Source: Microcystis aeruginosa NIES-843 (GTDB taxonomy: Bacteria > Cyanobacteriota > Cyanobacteriia > Cyanobacteriales > Microcystaceae). Taken from it: a DNA stretch of 32,000 nucleotides. The notes below the pieces were generated by a model, which made no database searches, was not told where the DNA came from, and saw only the letters and a list, made by a program, of their open reading frames with translations. The stretch covers positions 5,430,001 to 5,462,000 of the forward strand of contig NC_010296.1 of assembly GCF_000010625.1 (NCBI RefSeq), in the 5' to 3' direction. Positions 15,511 to 23,759 of the stretch are shown piece by piece (the stretch's first letter is position 1; every line of letters begins with the position of its first letter). The position numbers and the translations under genes were made by a program.

Positions 15511-17526
15511 CTATCGAGTCGAGGAATACTCGTAGTCTTCGATAATATGGAGAAGTCGCATGGCTGAACTACAGGATTCTTCTAAAATTTCCTGTTTCTC
15601 CTGAGAATCTTCGATTAAATCTTCAGATACTAGACGCAGAGAACCTAAAAGACTATTAAGACTACTTCTCGCTTCGTAGGATAAATAAGCTTTTCTTTTT
15701 TGCTCATCTTCCCTATTCTTAGAGTCAGCCTCTTTGCTATCACTAAATTGCAGAGCGTGTAAACGGGCATAATGACCACCTTGAGCTAATAATTCCTCAT
15801 GATTGCCGATTTCTGCCACTTTTCCCTTGTCCAGCACCACAATTTGATAGGCTTTTTGAACTGTGGAAAGACGGTGAGCGATCACAAGAGTAGTCCGCTC
15901 GCGACAGAGTTCATCGATCGCTTCCTGTACTAAACGCTCAGAAATTGTATCCAAAGCACTGGTGGCTTCATCGAGAATGAGAATATCCGGATCTCGCAGT
16001 AAGGCACGAGCGATCGCTAATCTTTGTTTTTGTCCCCCCGAAAGTCTCACTCCCCGATCGCCAATTTCCGTATCCAGTCCTTCCGGCAGTTTGCAGATAA
16101 ACTCGTAGGCATTCGCCCTTTTTGTCGCTGCTAAAATTTCTGCATCACTCACATCGCTTAATCCGTAGGCAATATTAAAACGGAGAGAATTATTAAAGAG
16201 AAAAGTGTCTTGACTGACTATTCCCATGGCTTTTCTCAGAGATTTGATCTCATAATCCCGTAAATCGTGACCGTCAAAAAGAATCCTCCCGGCTGTAGGA
16301 TCATAAAAGCGTGGTAATAAATCAGCAATTGTCGATTTTCCCGCCCCCGAAGCACCAACAAGAGCGATCATTTTTCCTTTTGGAATCCAAAGATCGATGC
16401 CCTTGAGAACTAATTCTTGATGACCAGGATAGGAAAATTGGACGTTATCAAAATGAATACCTGTCTCTAATCTTTGATAGGGAATAGAGCCATTGCTCAT
16501 AAATGGTTTATTCTCTCGAATGAGAAAGTCCGCTACCACCTCTACTGCGGAAACATCACCCAATAGACTACTCCTAGCACTGTTAATTTGACTAACTATC
16601 GGCAGGGCCCGGAAAAGTACATAGAGATAGGTTAATAAAATCGTCGCTAAAGCTTGAAGTTGTTCATTAAAAAGATAACGACCAGCAATGATAATTAAAG
16701 CAATAATAATTACCCCACCGATCTCATTGAGCGGAGCGATTACAGCATTATTAGTCTGGGCATCTAAACCCGCTTTCTCCCGGGCTTCGATATCTTCCAC
16801 GATAGATTCTAATTCGTATCTCTCATTGCCTACCGCTTTAATTAGGCGAATTCCCGTTAACAGTTCCAACAGTTTATTAGTTTGCTGTTTAGCCGTTACG
16901 GTGATAATCTCTCCAAACTTTTTCGATCTCTTGACAAAGTATTGATTAAGCAGAACTAAAAAGCCACCCAAAACACTTGAAAGAATAGTTAATTGCCAAG
17001 AAATTGATAATAAAATAACTAAGTACATGAAAGCTGTAGCGATAATCTTAATCAGGTTTATGTAATTTCTAATTGATGCTACAGCCCGATTAATCTCCGA
17101 CATGAAACGATTAAAAATATCTCCTATTTTACTTTTTACATAATAATCTATATCCACTTCTAGCAGCAGAATAACTGAATCAATTCGCATATCTTTTGCC
17201 ATAATTAAAGACAAGTAAGTGCCTAGCAAATTACTGACAAAATTGGTAATGTGCTTGAGAATTAAAATTCCTAATATCGCCGCAAACATCCAGAAAAAAC
17301 GAGTATCGACCGAGAAAACCTCGAAAACGGAGAGCAGCTTTTTGATAATTTGGGGGGCATTTTTTAAGATATCATTTTCGGGATTAATAAAAGAAATTAG
17401 CAAAGGGATAACTAAAATAGCTCCTACCCCATTAAATACGGTACTGACAAAGCCGATAACAATGCTGGAAACCACTAATATCCAGTGTTTCAGCGTATAT
17501 TTAAGGAGAATTTGCTTAGGATTCAT
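15511..17526 (-). CDS. MsbA-type ABC exporter (fused permease/ATPase) with a 77-aa C-terminal pseudo-HisKA (DHp-like) tail
   Basis: 671-aa ORF with a six-TM region, Walker A GASGAGKST, signature LSGGQKQR and Walker B ILILDEATSALD. The tail LSYEARSSLNSLLGSLRLV...AMRLLHIIEDY follows the normal end (...LHALQF). Confidence 0.9.
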   Translation of the reverse strand: MNPKQILLKYTLKHWILVVSSIVIGFVSTVFNGVGAILVIPLLISFINPENDILKNAPQIIKKLLSVFEVFSVDTRFFWMFAAILGILILKHITNFVSNLLGTYLSLIMAKDMRIDSVILLLEVDIDYYVKSKIGDIFNRFMSEINRAVASIRNYINLIKIIATAFMYLVILLSISWQLTILSSVLGGFLVLLNQYFVKRSKKFGEIITVTAKQQTNKLLELLTGIRLIKAVGNERYELESIVEDIEAREKAGLDAQTNNAVIAPLNEIGGVIIIALIIIAGRYLFNEQLQALATILLTYLYVLFRALPIVSQINSARSSLLGDVSAVEVVADFLIRENKPFMSNGSIPYQRLETGIHFDNVQFSYPGHQELVLKGIDLWIPKGKMIALVGASGAGKSTIADLLPRFYDPTAGRILFDGHDLRDYEIKSLRKAMGIVSQDTFLFNNSLRFNIAYGLSDVSDAEILAATKRANAYEFICKLPEGLDTEIGDRGVRLSGGQKQRLAIARALLRDPDILILDEATSALDTISERLVQEAIDELCRERTTLVIAHRLSTVQKAYQIVVLDKGKVAEIGNHEELLAQGGHYARLHALQFSDSKEADSKNREDEQKRKAYLSYEARSSLNSLLGSLRLVSEDLIEDSQEKQEILEESCSSAMRLLHIIEDYEYSSTR

Positions 17527-17584
17527 CGCTATAAGTAAGAAAGTAAATAGTCAACGGTCAATTATCCTACTCGCTACAATCTAA

Positions 17585-17706
17585 TAAGTAGGGAGGCACA
17601 ATTATTTGTAGGATGGGTTAGCGGTAGCGTAACATGAGCGGGCGTTGGGTTTCATGCTTCAACCCAACCTACGTTCATCTTATATTTAATTCCACCCACC
17701 TACTTA
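17585..17706 (+). mobile_element. 122-bp MITE, copy 2
   Basis: Same sequence and orientation as 5733-5854. It lies between the GT4 gene stop and the ABC exporter start, and its right end overlaps the GT4 stop codon (17704-17706). Confidence 0.85.
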
Positions 17707-18873
17707 TTTCCCTTCCAGAGAAGTGATTATGCCAGAGAGAGTTGTTGCCATGGCGGTGGTACTATAGGAGGCGATACAGCGCTCTCTCGCTTTTAGTCCT
17801 CGTGCATTAGCCGAGTCGAGATGATTAAAAACTTCGCTAATCATAGCAGCTAGTTGCTCTGGTGATCGAGGTTCGACTAAATAGCCAATATCAGCTAAAA
17901 TTTCGGGAATATCTGCCACTTTAGTGGAAATAATTGGTTTAGCCATCGCCATACCATCGGTGAGTTTAATCGGAAATTGGGCGTTAGCCGTGGCTTCATC
18001 CCTCTGGGGAACGATAATAGCATGAGCAGCGGCAATAACTTCCGGCATTCGATCGATCGGTTGAGCAGGTAAATGAATTAACCAAGGTTGACCTTTTTCT
18101 AGCAAACTATCCAGATAGCCATCCCCGATTTGGCGACCTCCCACCAACACCAATTTAAAATCAGGATCACCAATTTGATCTAAAGCGATTAAGACATCTT
18201 CTAAACCTTTGTGGGGTCTAGCTGTACCCGGGAACATTAAAACTTTATACGCGGATAAACCGTATTTTTGACGACAAGCGACAGGATCGTAGAGATTGGG
18301 ATCGAAAAGTTGCGTATCCTTGCCATTCGGTAAATAAATCCCCCCATAACGCTTTTGCAAAAATTGATTATTAACCGTCACTGCATCAGCGCGGTTAATT
18401 AAATTTTCCATCCAACGCAGATAAAGAGGGTGATTCGGATCCCTAAGCGCACCATTTTTTTTGAGGATATCCCTAGCTAATTGTCGAGGATAAGGACGAT
18501 AGGACCATCGATCGCCACCAAACCAACTCATTTCCCAATCGTCAATATCAAGAATTAGGGGACGTGGGGAAAAAAAACGTTTCAGTAAACCGATGCCGAA
18601 ACTGGTGGGACGGGGTTTAACCGCATAGATAATCTCTCCAGAGATGCGATCGAGTAAAGTTTTGATCTGGCCAAAAAACTGGGGATAATTATTGCCTTTG
18701 ACCGATACCACGGGTAAATTCCCCGGTGGGGTGGGATAGATGTCCCGTCCAAAAATCGGACCATAAACCGTCACCTGACAGTTTAGCTGTTGCAAGACTT
18801 GAGCAATCAAATAGACTCTTGTGCCACCACCACCGGATAAATCTGGTGCTAAAACAGAGATTTTTTTGTTCAC
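17704..18873 (-). CDS. Glycosyltransferase family 4 (GT-B, group 1)
   Basis: 389-aa ORF with N-terminal ISVLAPDLSGGGGTRVY and a C-terminal GT1 domain pattern (FPGTARPHKG..., E-x7-E-like region PIKLTDGMAMAKPII). Confidence 0.8.
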   Translation of the reverse strand: MNKKISVLAPDLSGGGGTRVYLIAQVLQQLNCQVTVYGPIFGRDIYPTPPGNLPVVSVKGNNYPQFFGQIKTLLDRISGEIIYAVKPRPTSFGIGLLKRFFSPRPLILDIDDWEMSWFGGDRWSYRPYPRQLARDILKKNGALRDPNHPLYLRWMENLINRADAVTVNNQFLQKRYGGIYLPNGKDTQLFDPNLYDPVACRQKYGLSAYKVLMFPGTARPHKGLEDVLIALDQIGDPDFKLVLVGGRQIGDGYLDSLLEKGQPWLIHLPAQPIDRMPEVIAAAHAIIVPQRDEATANAQFPIKLTDGMAMAKPIISTKVADIPEILADIGYLVEPRSPEQLAAMISEVFNHLDSANARGLKARERCIASYSTTAMATTLSGIITSLEGK

Positions 18874-18966
18874 GATCGCCGATCAATCCAGATTATCTAG
18901 CACGATAGGAGAATGTTAATCAATGTTAACGTTTTTGTCAATCTTAGGCGAACTTAACATTATAGA

Positions 18967-20304
18967 CTAGACAAAGAAAACTAACATATACATAGCCGAG
19001 ACGACCAACTGAGTAAACATCACGGGTAAACCGTAGCGCAGAAAGGTATGAAAGGTAATTTTGCCCCCGTGTTGTTCAGCGATGCCAGCGGCGACAATAT
19101 TAGAAGAAGCCCCCACTAAAGTACCATTACCCCCTAGGGTGGCCCCATACATCATCGCATAGAAAAGCGGTAAAACTTCCGGGGGAAAAGAACCGGCATA
19201 ATCGGGGGAAAGAACCTCAGTCCCGACTAAATTAACATTAACAAGGTACTGTTTCAGTAGTGGAACCATGGCTACCACTAGGGGAATATTCGGAACGACA
19301 CTGGAAATAAGGCCAACAAAAAAGAGTAAGACTAGAGAACCTAAAAAGATATTTTGGCCTAAAATTATCGCCAGAAGTCCCGATACACTATTAACCACCC
19401 CAGTTTTTTCTAAGCCACCAATTAGGACAAAAATTGACATAAAAAATAATAGGGTACTCCAGTCCACATCCCGGAGAATATTATGCACCGTATCGATTTT
19501 CGATTGCTGGGCTAAAAGTAGGGCTAAAGTGGCCCCCATCAAAGCAACGGCCGCCGGAGAAATGGGTACGGGAAAAGATTCACCAACGACGAATAAAAAT
19601 AAGACCAAAAAGACGATAATTCCCCCCACCGCCAAGACGCGAGGATGATTAATCTTCGGATGGGGTAAGTCTTCTAAATGCTCGAATTTTGTCCGCCAGA
19701 TTTTGGGGAATAACCAAGGTAACATAACCAGAATGGTAATCACTGCCAAGGCACCACCTAAACTCAACCGTTGTAGGTATTCCATGAAGGTGATATTAAT
19801 AGAATCACCGACGATATAAGTAGCGGGATCACCAACAATAGTTAATAACCCGGAACTGTTGGCCACGAAAACCATCAGGATTAAGAGCGGCACAAAATCC
19901 ACGCCTATATCTTGAGCTAAGGGCGGAATCAGCGGGGCTAATAACATCACCGTGGTAGCGTTGGGCAATACCGCACAGATTGGGGTAGTAATGGCGACAA
20001 TTCCTATTAGTAATAATTTGCCCTGTCCCTTGGCTAAAAGCACCATTTGTGCTGCTAAATAATCAAAAATTTTTGTTGGTTCAAAGGCTCTTACTAACAC
20101 CATCACCCCAAAAAATAGGGCGAGAGTGGCATAACTACGACTGATATAACCCACCGCTTCCTGGAGAGTCATGATATGGGTAAAAACTAAGATTAAAGCT
20201 CCTAGTAAAGCCGCTACGGTAATATGAAGCCACTCGAACATAATAACCACAATGACTGCAATAAAAGTCATCGCAGCAATCCACATTGGTAAAGATTCCA
20301 GCAT
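18967..20304 (-). CDS. ArsB/NhaD (CitMHS-like) family ion transporter permease
   Basis: 445-aa polytopic membrane ORF with 10 or more hydrophobic segments. The overall pattern (N-terminal MWIAAMTFIAVIVVIMFEWLH..., internal LGGLEKTG, GATLGGNGTLVGASSNIV) is typical of this superfamily. Confidence 0.7.
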   Translation of the reverse strand: MLESLPMWIAAMTFIAVIVVIMFEWLHITVAALLGALILVFTHIMTLQEAVGYISRSYATLALFFGVMVLVRAFEPTKIFDYLAAQMVLLAKGQGKLLLIGIVAITTPICAVLPNATTVMLLAPLIPPLAQDIGVDFVPLLILMVFVANSSGLLTIVGDPATYIVGDSINITFMEYLQRLSLGGALAVITILVMLPWLFPKIWRTKFEHLEDLPHPKINHPRVLAVGGIIVFLVLFLFVVGESFPVPISPAAVALMGATLALLLAQQSKIDTVHNILRDVDWSTLLFFMSIFVLIGGLEKTGVVNSVSGLLAIILGQNIFLGSLVLLFFVGLISSVVPNIPLVVAMVPLLKQYLVNVNLVGTEVLSPDYAGSFPPEVLPLFYAMMYGATLGGNGTLVGASSNIVAAGIAEQHGGKITFHTFLRYGLPVMFTQLVVSAMYMLVFFV

Positions 20305-20854
20305 TTTTGATCCTGTTTTTACTCTTGGTTTCTCGATACAACTAAAAGTTTGCTCGAAAAATGTACAGCAAACTCATAGAAAATATGGTTATCTACGGAA
20401 AATCTTAAAATTGTTGTGATCGGTAAGCTGATATGAGAATCTCCATAAACAATGTCTCCTGTAAGTTATGACTATCAAGTAGTACCAGCGACATAACTGA
20501 ACCGATCAAGACATTACTAGGAATGTAGTGATGTTTCAGTCTTCCCCCCACGCCGACGAAGTTAGCTGACGGGCTAGGATAGAGAGATATCCTTTTCTAG
20601 GCTACAAAATCTAGAAATACGCCCCCAAATGTGGTTCCTCCGCTCCGAATTTGTCTAGCTAATATCTAGCATAGAAACTTGGATTAGGCTGACTTACTCT
20701 GTTTAGTGATCCACCATAGCATACTAACCTCAAAAAAACGATATAGCTCTATACTAGACCTATCCTGTCGGTTATCCCCCGGGTTGCTAGGATAGAACAA
20801 TGATAAGCTAATAGCTAACGACTGACCGCCATAGCGGCCACAACAGAAATTTCG

Positions 20855-21433
20855 ATGAATAGAAGACCTCGTTATACTCCTCCCCGATCGCGTGATCGTG
20901 ATTATGACCGCTCCTATGGCGATGACTCCCGCGCTTCGTCCCCCGGAGGCCTATTGGCAAAATTGAACTATGCCATGATCGCCCTGATTGGCGGTATTTT
21001 TGTACTAGGGGTGGGTCTCGGTCTGGTATTCAGTTCTACCGCTAATTTTAGCCCCGAAAACGTCGCTTCCCGAGAAGTAATTGATCGCAGCGCCCCCAAT
21101 GCGGAATTATGCGTGCAATTTGGGGCCAGTGCCATTGTCACCGATTTGCGGGTTTATGTCACTCTTAACCCCTTTAATGTTTTTGTTACCCAACCGGTTA
21201 TGCAACCCGGTTGCGTTTTGCGACGCAACAACTGGTCAATTTTAGAACAACAAAAATTAGTCGATGGACAGCAGGTACAAAGTTGTAAAAACCGGATGAA
21301 TACCTTTGGTTATACCGGCCCCTTGGAAGGCAAACCGAAAATCGATTGTATCTTCCAAAATGAAGCTGGGGGTAATCTTTTTGTTAATCCCGCCGGTGCT
21401 GTTGGTCCCAGACCAGATACAGATAAATTCTAA
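20855..21433 (+). CDS. Conserved cyanobacterial membrane protein (possibly DUF3172 family)
   Basis: 192-aa ORF with an Arg/Asp-rich N-terminus, a single TM (MIALIGGIFVLGVGLGLVF) and a Cys-containing C-terminal domain. The family assignment is from memory only. Confidence 0.6.
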   Translation: MNRRPRYTPPRSRDRDYDRSYGDDSRASSPGGLLAKLNYAMIALIGGIFVLGVGLGLVFSSTANFSPENVASREVIDRSAPNAELCVQFGASAIVTDLRVYVTLNPFNVFVTQPVMQPGCVLRRNNWSILEQQKLVDGQQVQSCKNRMNTFGYTGPLEGKPKIDCIFQNEAGGNLFVNPAGAVGPRPDTDKF

Positions 21434-21472
21434 ACCGGAAAAGATCGTTCTCCTGACTGCTGACTTGAAAGA

Positions 21473-21510
21473 GGGTGTGGGGTGTGGGGTGTGGGGTGTG
21501 GGGTGTAGGG
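21473..21510. repeat. (GGGGTGT)n array, about five units
   Basis: Direct reading: gggtgtggggtgtggggtgtggggtgtggggtgtaggg. Confidence 0.9.
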
Positions 21511-21600
21511 AAGGAAACCTCTTTTATCTGTGGGGGTGAAATTTTTTCATCGGGACTGACTCCTAATTAACTACGACAATTTTTGATTTTTACGAGAGGT

Positions 21601-21918
21601 CTAATGAGTTAGCCATTGGCCCGTAGTCACCACAAAAATTCCGCCGGCTTTTTTTAAAAAAGGCTGAATTTTATCGATCAGACGACCAAGTTGTTCGTCA
21701 CTATTACAAACCGTCATAATGTAGTTACCACTGTAATCACAATCCAAGTCATCACAGGATAAACCTCGATCACCTTTTCCCGAAGTACTGCCAAAGACGG
21801 TATAACCGGAAACTCCGACAACATCAAGAACGCTTAAGGTCTCTTCCAGAAAAGCATGACTAACAATTATGTCCACTTTTTTGACAGTTTGTAGGGAAGG
21901 ATGCGGGGATTCAAGCAT
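21601..21918 (-). CDS. PII-like signal transduction protein (SbtB-like partner of the upstream permease)
   Basis: The PII fold pattern is KKVDIIV (b1), FLEETLSVLDVVG (a1), GYTVF (b2), T-loop GSTSGKGDRGLSCDDLDCDYSGN, YIMTVC (b3) and B-loop KKAGG. ATG at 21918 is preferred over the track's TTG at 21933. It lies directly downstream of the SbtA-like gene. Confidence 0.7.
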   Translation of the reverse strand: MLESPHPSLQTVKKVDIIVSHAFLEETLSVLDVVGVSGYTVFGSTSGKGDRGLSCDDLDCDYSGNYIMTVCNSDEQLGRLIDKIQPFLKKAGGIFVVTTGQWLTH

Positions 21919-21991
21919 GGTAGTTAAGTACAAAAAGGATAAGTGAAAGAGAAAACTTTTGACAGGAATTATTTAAAACCCACCGGGCCTT

Positions 21992-22972
21992 TTAGACTCC
22001 ACAGCCAATGATTTTAATCATCTCTAGGTACAGAGGAATACCGATGATGATATTGAAGGGAAAAGTTAAAGCCAAGGCCATAGAAACGTATAAACTAGGA
22101 TTCGCTTCGGGAACAGTCATTCTCATGGCCGCAGGAACAGCAATATAAGAGGCACTGGCACACAAAACAGCGAATAATAAAGCATTGCCCTGTTCAAATC
22201 CGAGAACCTTAGCGATGAGAATCCCCACCATAGCATTGATGACGGGAATGAATACCGCAAAACCGATGAGAAAAGCACCAGTTTTGCCTAATTCCCGGAT
22301 TCTTTTCGCAGCCACTAATCCCATATCCAGGAGAAAGAAAGTTAAAGCACCATAAAAAATCCCTTGAGTAAAAGGTTCTAATTTTTCCCAGCCTTTTTCC
22401 CCTGTGAGCATACCAACAACAACACTACCGACTAAGAGAAATACCGAACCATTTAAAAAGGCTTCATGTAGAACCTTTGACCAAGAAAACGCTTCTTCTT
22501 CGCCATTTTTCTCTTTAAAGACTCGCACCAGGATTAAACCCACTACAATCGCCGGCGATTCCATTAAAGCTAAGGCCGCTACCATGTGACCGCCATAGGA
22601 AATATGAAGTTTTTCTAAAAAAGAACTGGCGGTGATGAAAGTAACGGCACTAATGGAACCATAGGCTGCGGCGATTGCTGCTGCATTGGCACTATCGAGT
22701 TTAATTTTCAGGATAAAGAAAGTGTAAATGGGAACGATGCAAGCCATAACCACAGAGGCAATCAAAGTTAAAGCGATTTGGTTATTGATGCCACTTTCCG
22801 CTAGTTCATAACCTCCCTTGAAACCAATCGCCATCAAAAGATAGAGAGAAAAGAGTTTAGGCAGTGGTTGGGGAATCTCTAGGTCGGATTTAAAAAATAC
22901 TGCCAGCATTCCCAAGAAAAAGAACAAAACCGGCGGATTGAGAATATTGAACAGGATTAAGCTGCCATCCAT
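21992..22972 (-). CDS. SbtA-family (Sbt_1/DUF897) sodium-dependent bicarbonate-transporter-like permease, short-loop form
   Basis: 326-aa, ~10-TM ORF. The C-terminal segment CASASYIAVPAAMRMTVPEANPSLYVSMALALTFP parallels the SbtA motif (..SGPPTLRAGIPSANPSAYI..). It lacks the long central cytoplasmic loop of ~370-aa SbtA. Confidence 0.7.
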   Translation of the reverse strand: MDGSLILFNILNPPVLFFFLGMLAVFFKSDLEIPQPLPKLFSLYLLMAIGFKGGYELAESGINNQIALTLIASVVMACIVPIYTFFILKIKLDSANAAAIAAAYGSISAVTFITASSFLEKLHISYGGHMVAALALMESPAIVVGLILVRVFKEKNGEEEAFSWSKVLHEAFLNGSVFLLVGSVVVGMLTGEKGWEKLEPFTQGIFYGALTFFLLDMGLVAAKRIRELGKTGAFLIGFAVFIPVINAMVGILIAKVLGFEQGNALLFAVLCASASYIAVPAAMRMTVPEANPSLYVSMALALTFPFNIIIGIPLYLEMIKIIGCGV

Positions 22973-23560
22973 AGGTTTGCGTACATTGAGTTATTTCCAT
23001 CTATACTATTCGATTTTGACAATACTGGGAAAATGTTAAGAACCGGATTAAAACGCTTAACGATGGCCGCCCAAAAAAATTAAGATGGGTGATGTTTCAG
23101 TGATCGGTGATCAGTTATCTTGAAACCGTCAGCTTTTCTCCCCTCTCCCCCTCTACAATAATTACTCGCAGCCAGGAATCACTTGGGTTAATATCATACT
23201 TTGTGCCTTTTGTCAAAAAAACTTTTTTTTTGCAATAAAACTACACAAAAAAAAGATCATCGTTGTGGGTGAAATTGACTGATTTAACCGTCTTAATTGG
23301 GATTACCTTCTAGGTGTGGCAAAGGTTTCAACCATTGCTGCCCAAAAAAGCACAGAATAACCCATTATGAAATTCAGTAAAATCGCTGTAACTATGATAA
23401 CATCGTTGTTAAATAAAAATCTTTCTCAATTAATTCTTAAGAATTTATAAATATTGCGGAATGTTAATTTAAATATTCTCAAGTTTTTGCAGTCAATAAA
23501 TAACTTTGGCTTATATTTGTCAGAAAATAGAACTCCTGCAAAAATCCCACATCTACCATT

Positions 23561-23741
23561 GGATTCAGGAGACAGGATTCAGGAGACAGGAGATTATTTT
23601 TATTTATTCTCCCTTCTCCCTACACCCCACACCCCACACCCCACACCCCACACCCCCACACCCCACACCCCCACACCCCACACCCCACACCCCACACCCC
23701 ACACCCCACACCCCACACCCCACACCCCACACCCCACACCC
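23561..23741. repeat. Composite repeat block, second copy: GGATTCAGGAGACA x2, an AT-rich spacer, then 16 tandem CCCCACA units
   Basis: 14-bp units lie at 23561-23574 and 23575-23588. The shared junction is at 23580-23607. The array at 23625-23738 has 14 CCCCACA and 2 CCCCCACA units. Confidence 0.9.
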
Positions 23742-23759
23742 TGCTCCCTTCCCCGATCA

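Noticed and set aside
23432-23445. Perfect 14-bp palindrome AATTCTTAAGAATT (and the 8+2+8 palindrome at 9028-9045) as operator sites
   Set aside because: Palindromes of this size are expected about once or twice by chance in 32 kb of AT-rich intergenic DNA. I noted them but do not claim them as regulatory.
23367-23450. 27-codon ORF (MKFSKIAVTMITSLLNKNLSQLILKNL) in the sbtA-like / rimI intergenic region
   Set aside because: There is no Shine-Dalgarno sequence, the composition is AT-rich, and the length is within chance expectation.
23454-23759. N-terminal extension of the rimI ORF (the 294-aa track ORF starting at 23454) and the overlapping 122-aa and 75-aa ORFs
   Set aside because: The extension is translation of an AT-rich intergenic stretch plus the stop-free CCCCACA array (PHTPHPT repeats). 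The GNAT domain begins after ATG 23760.
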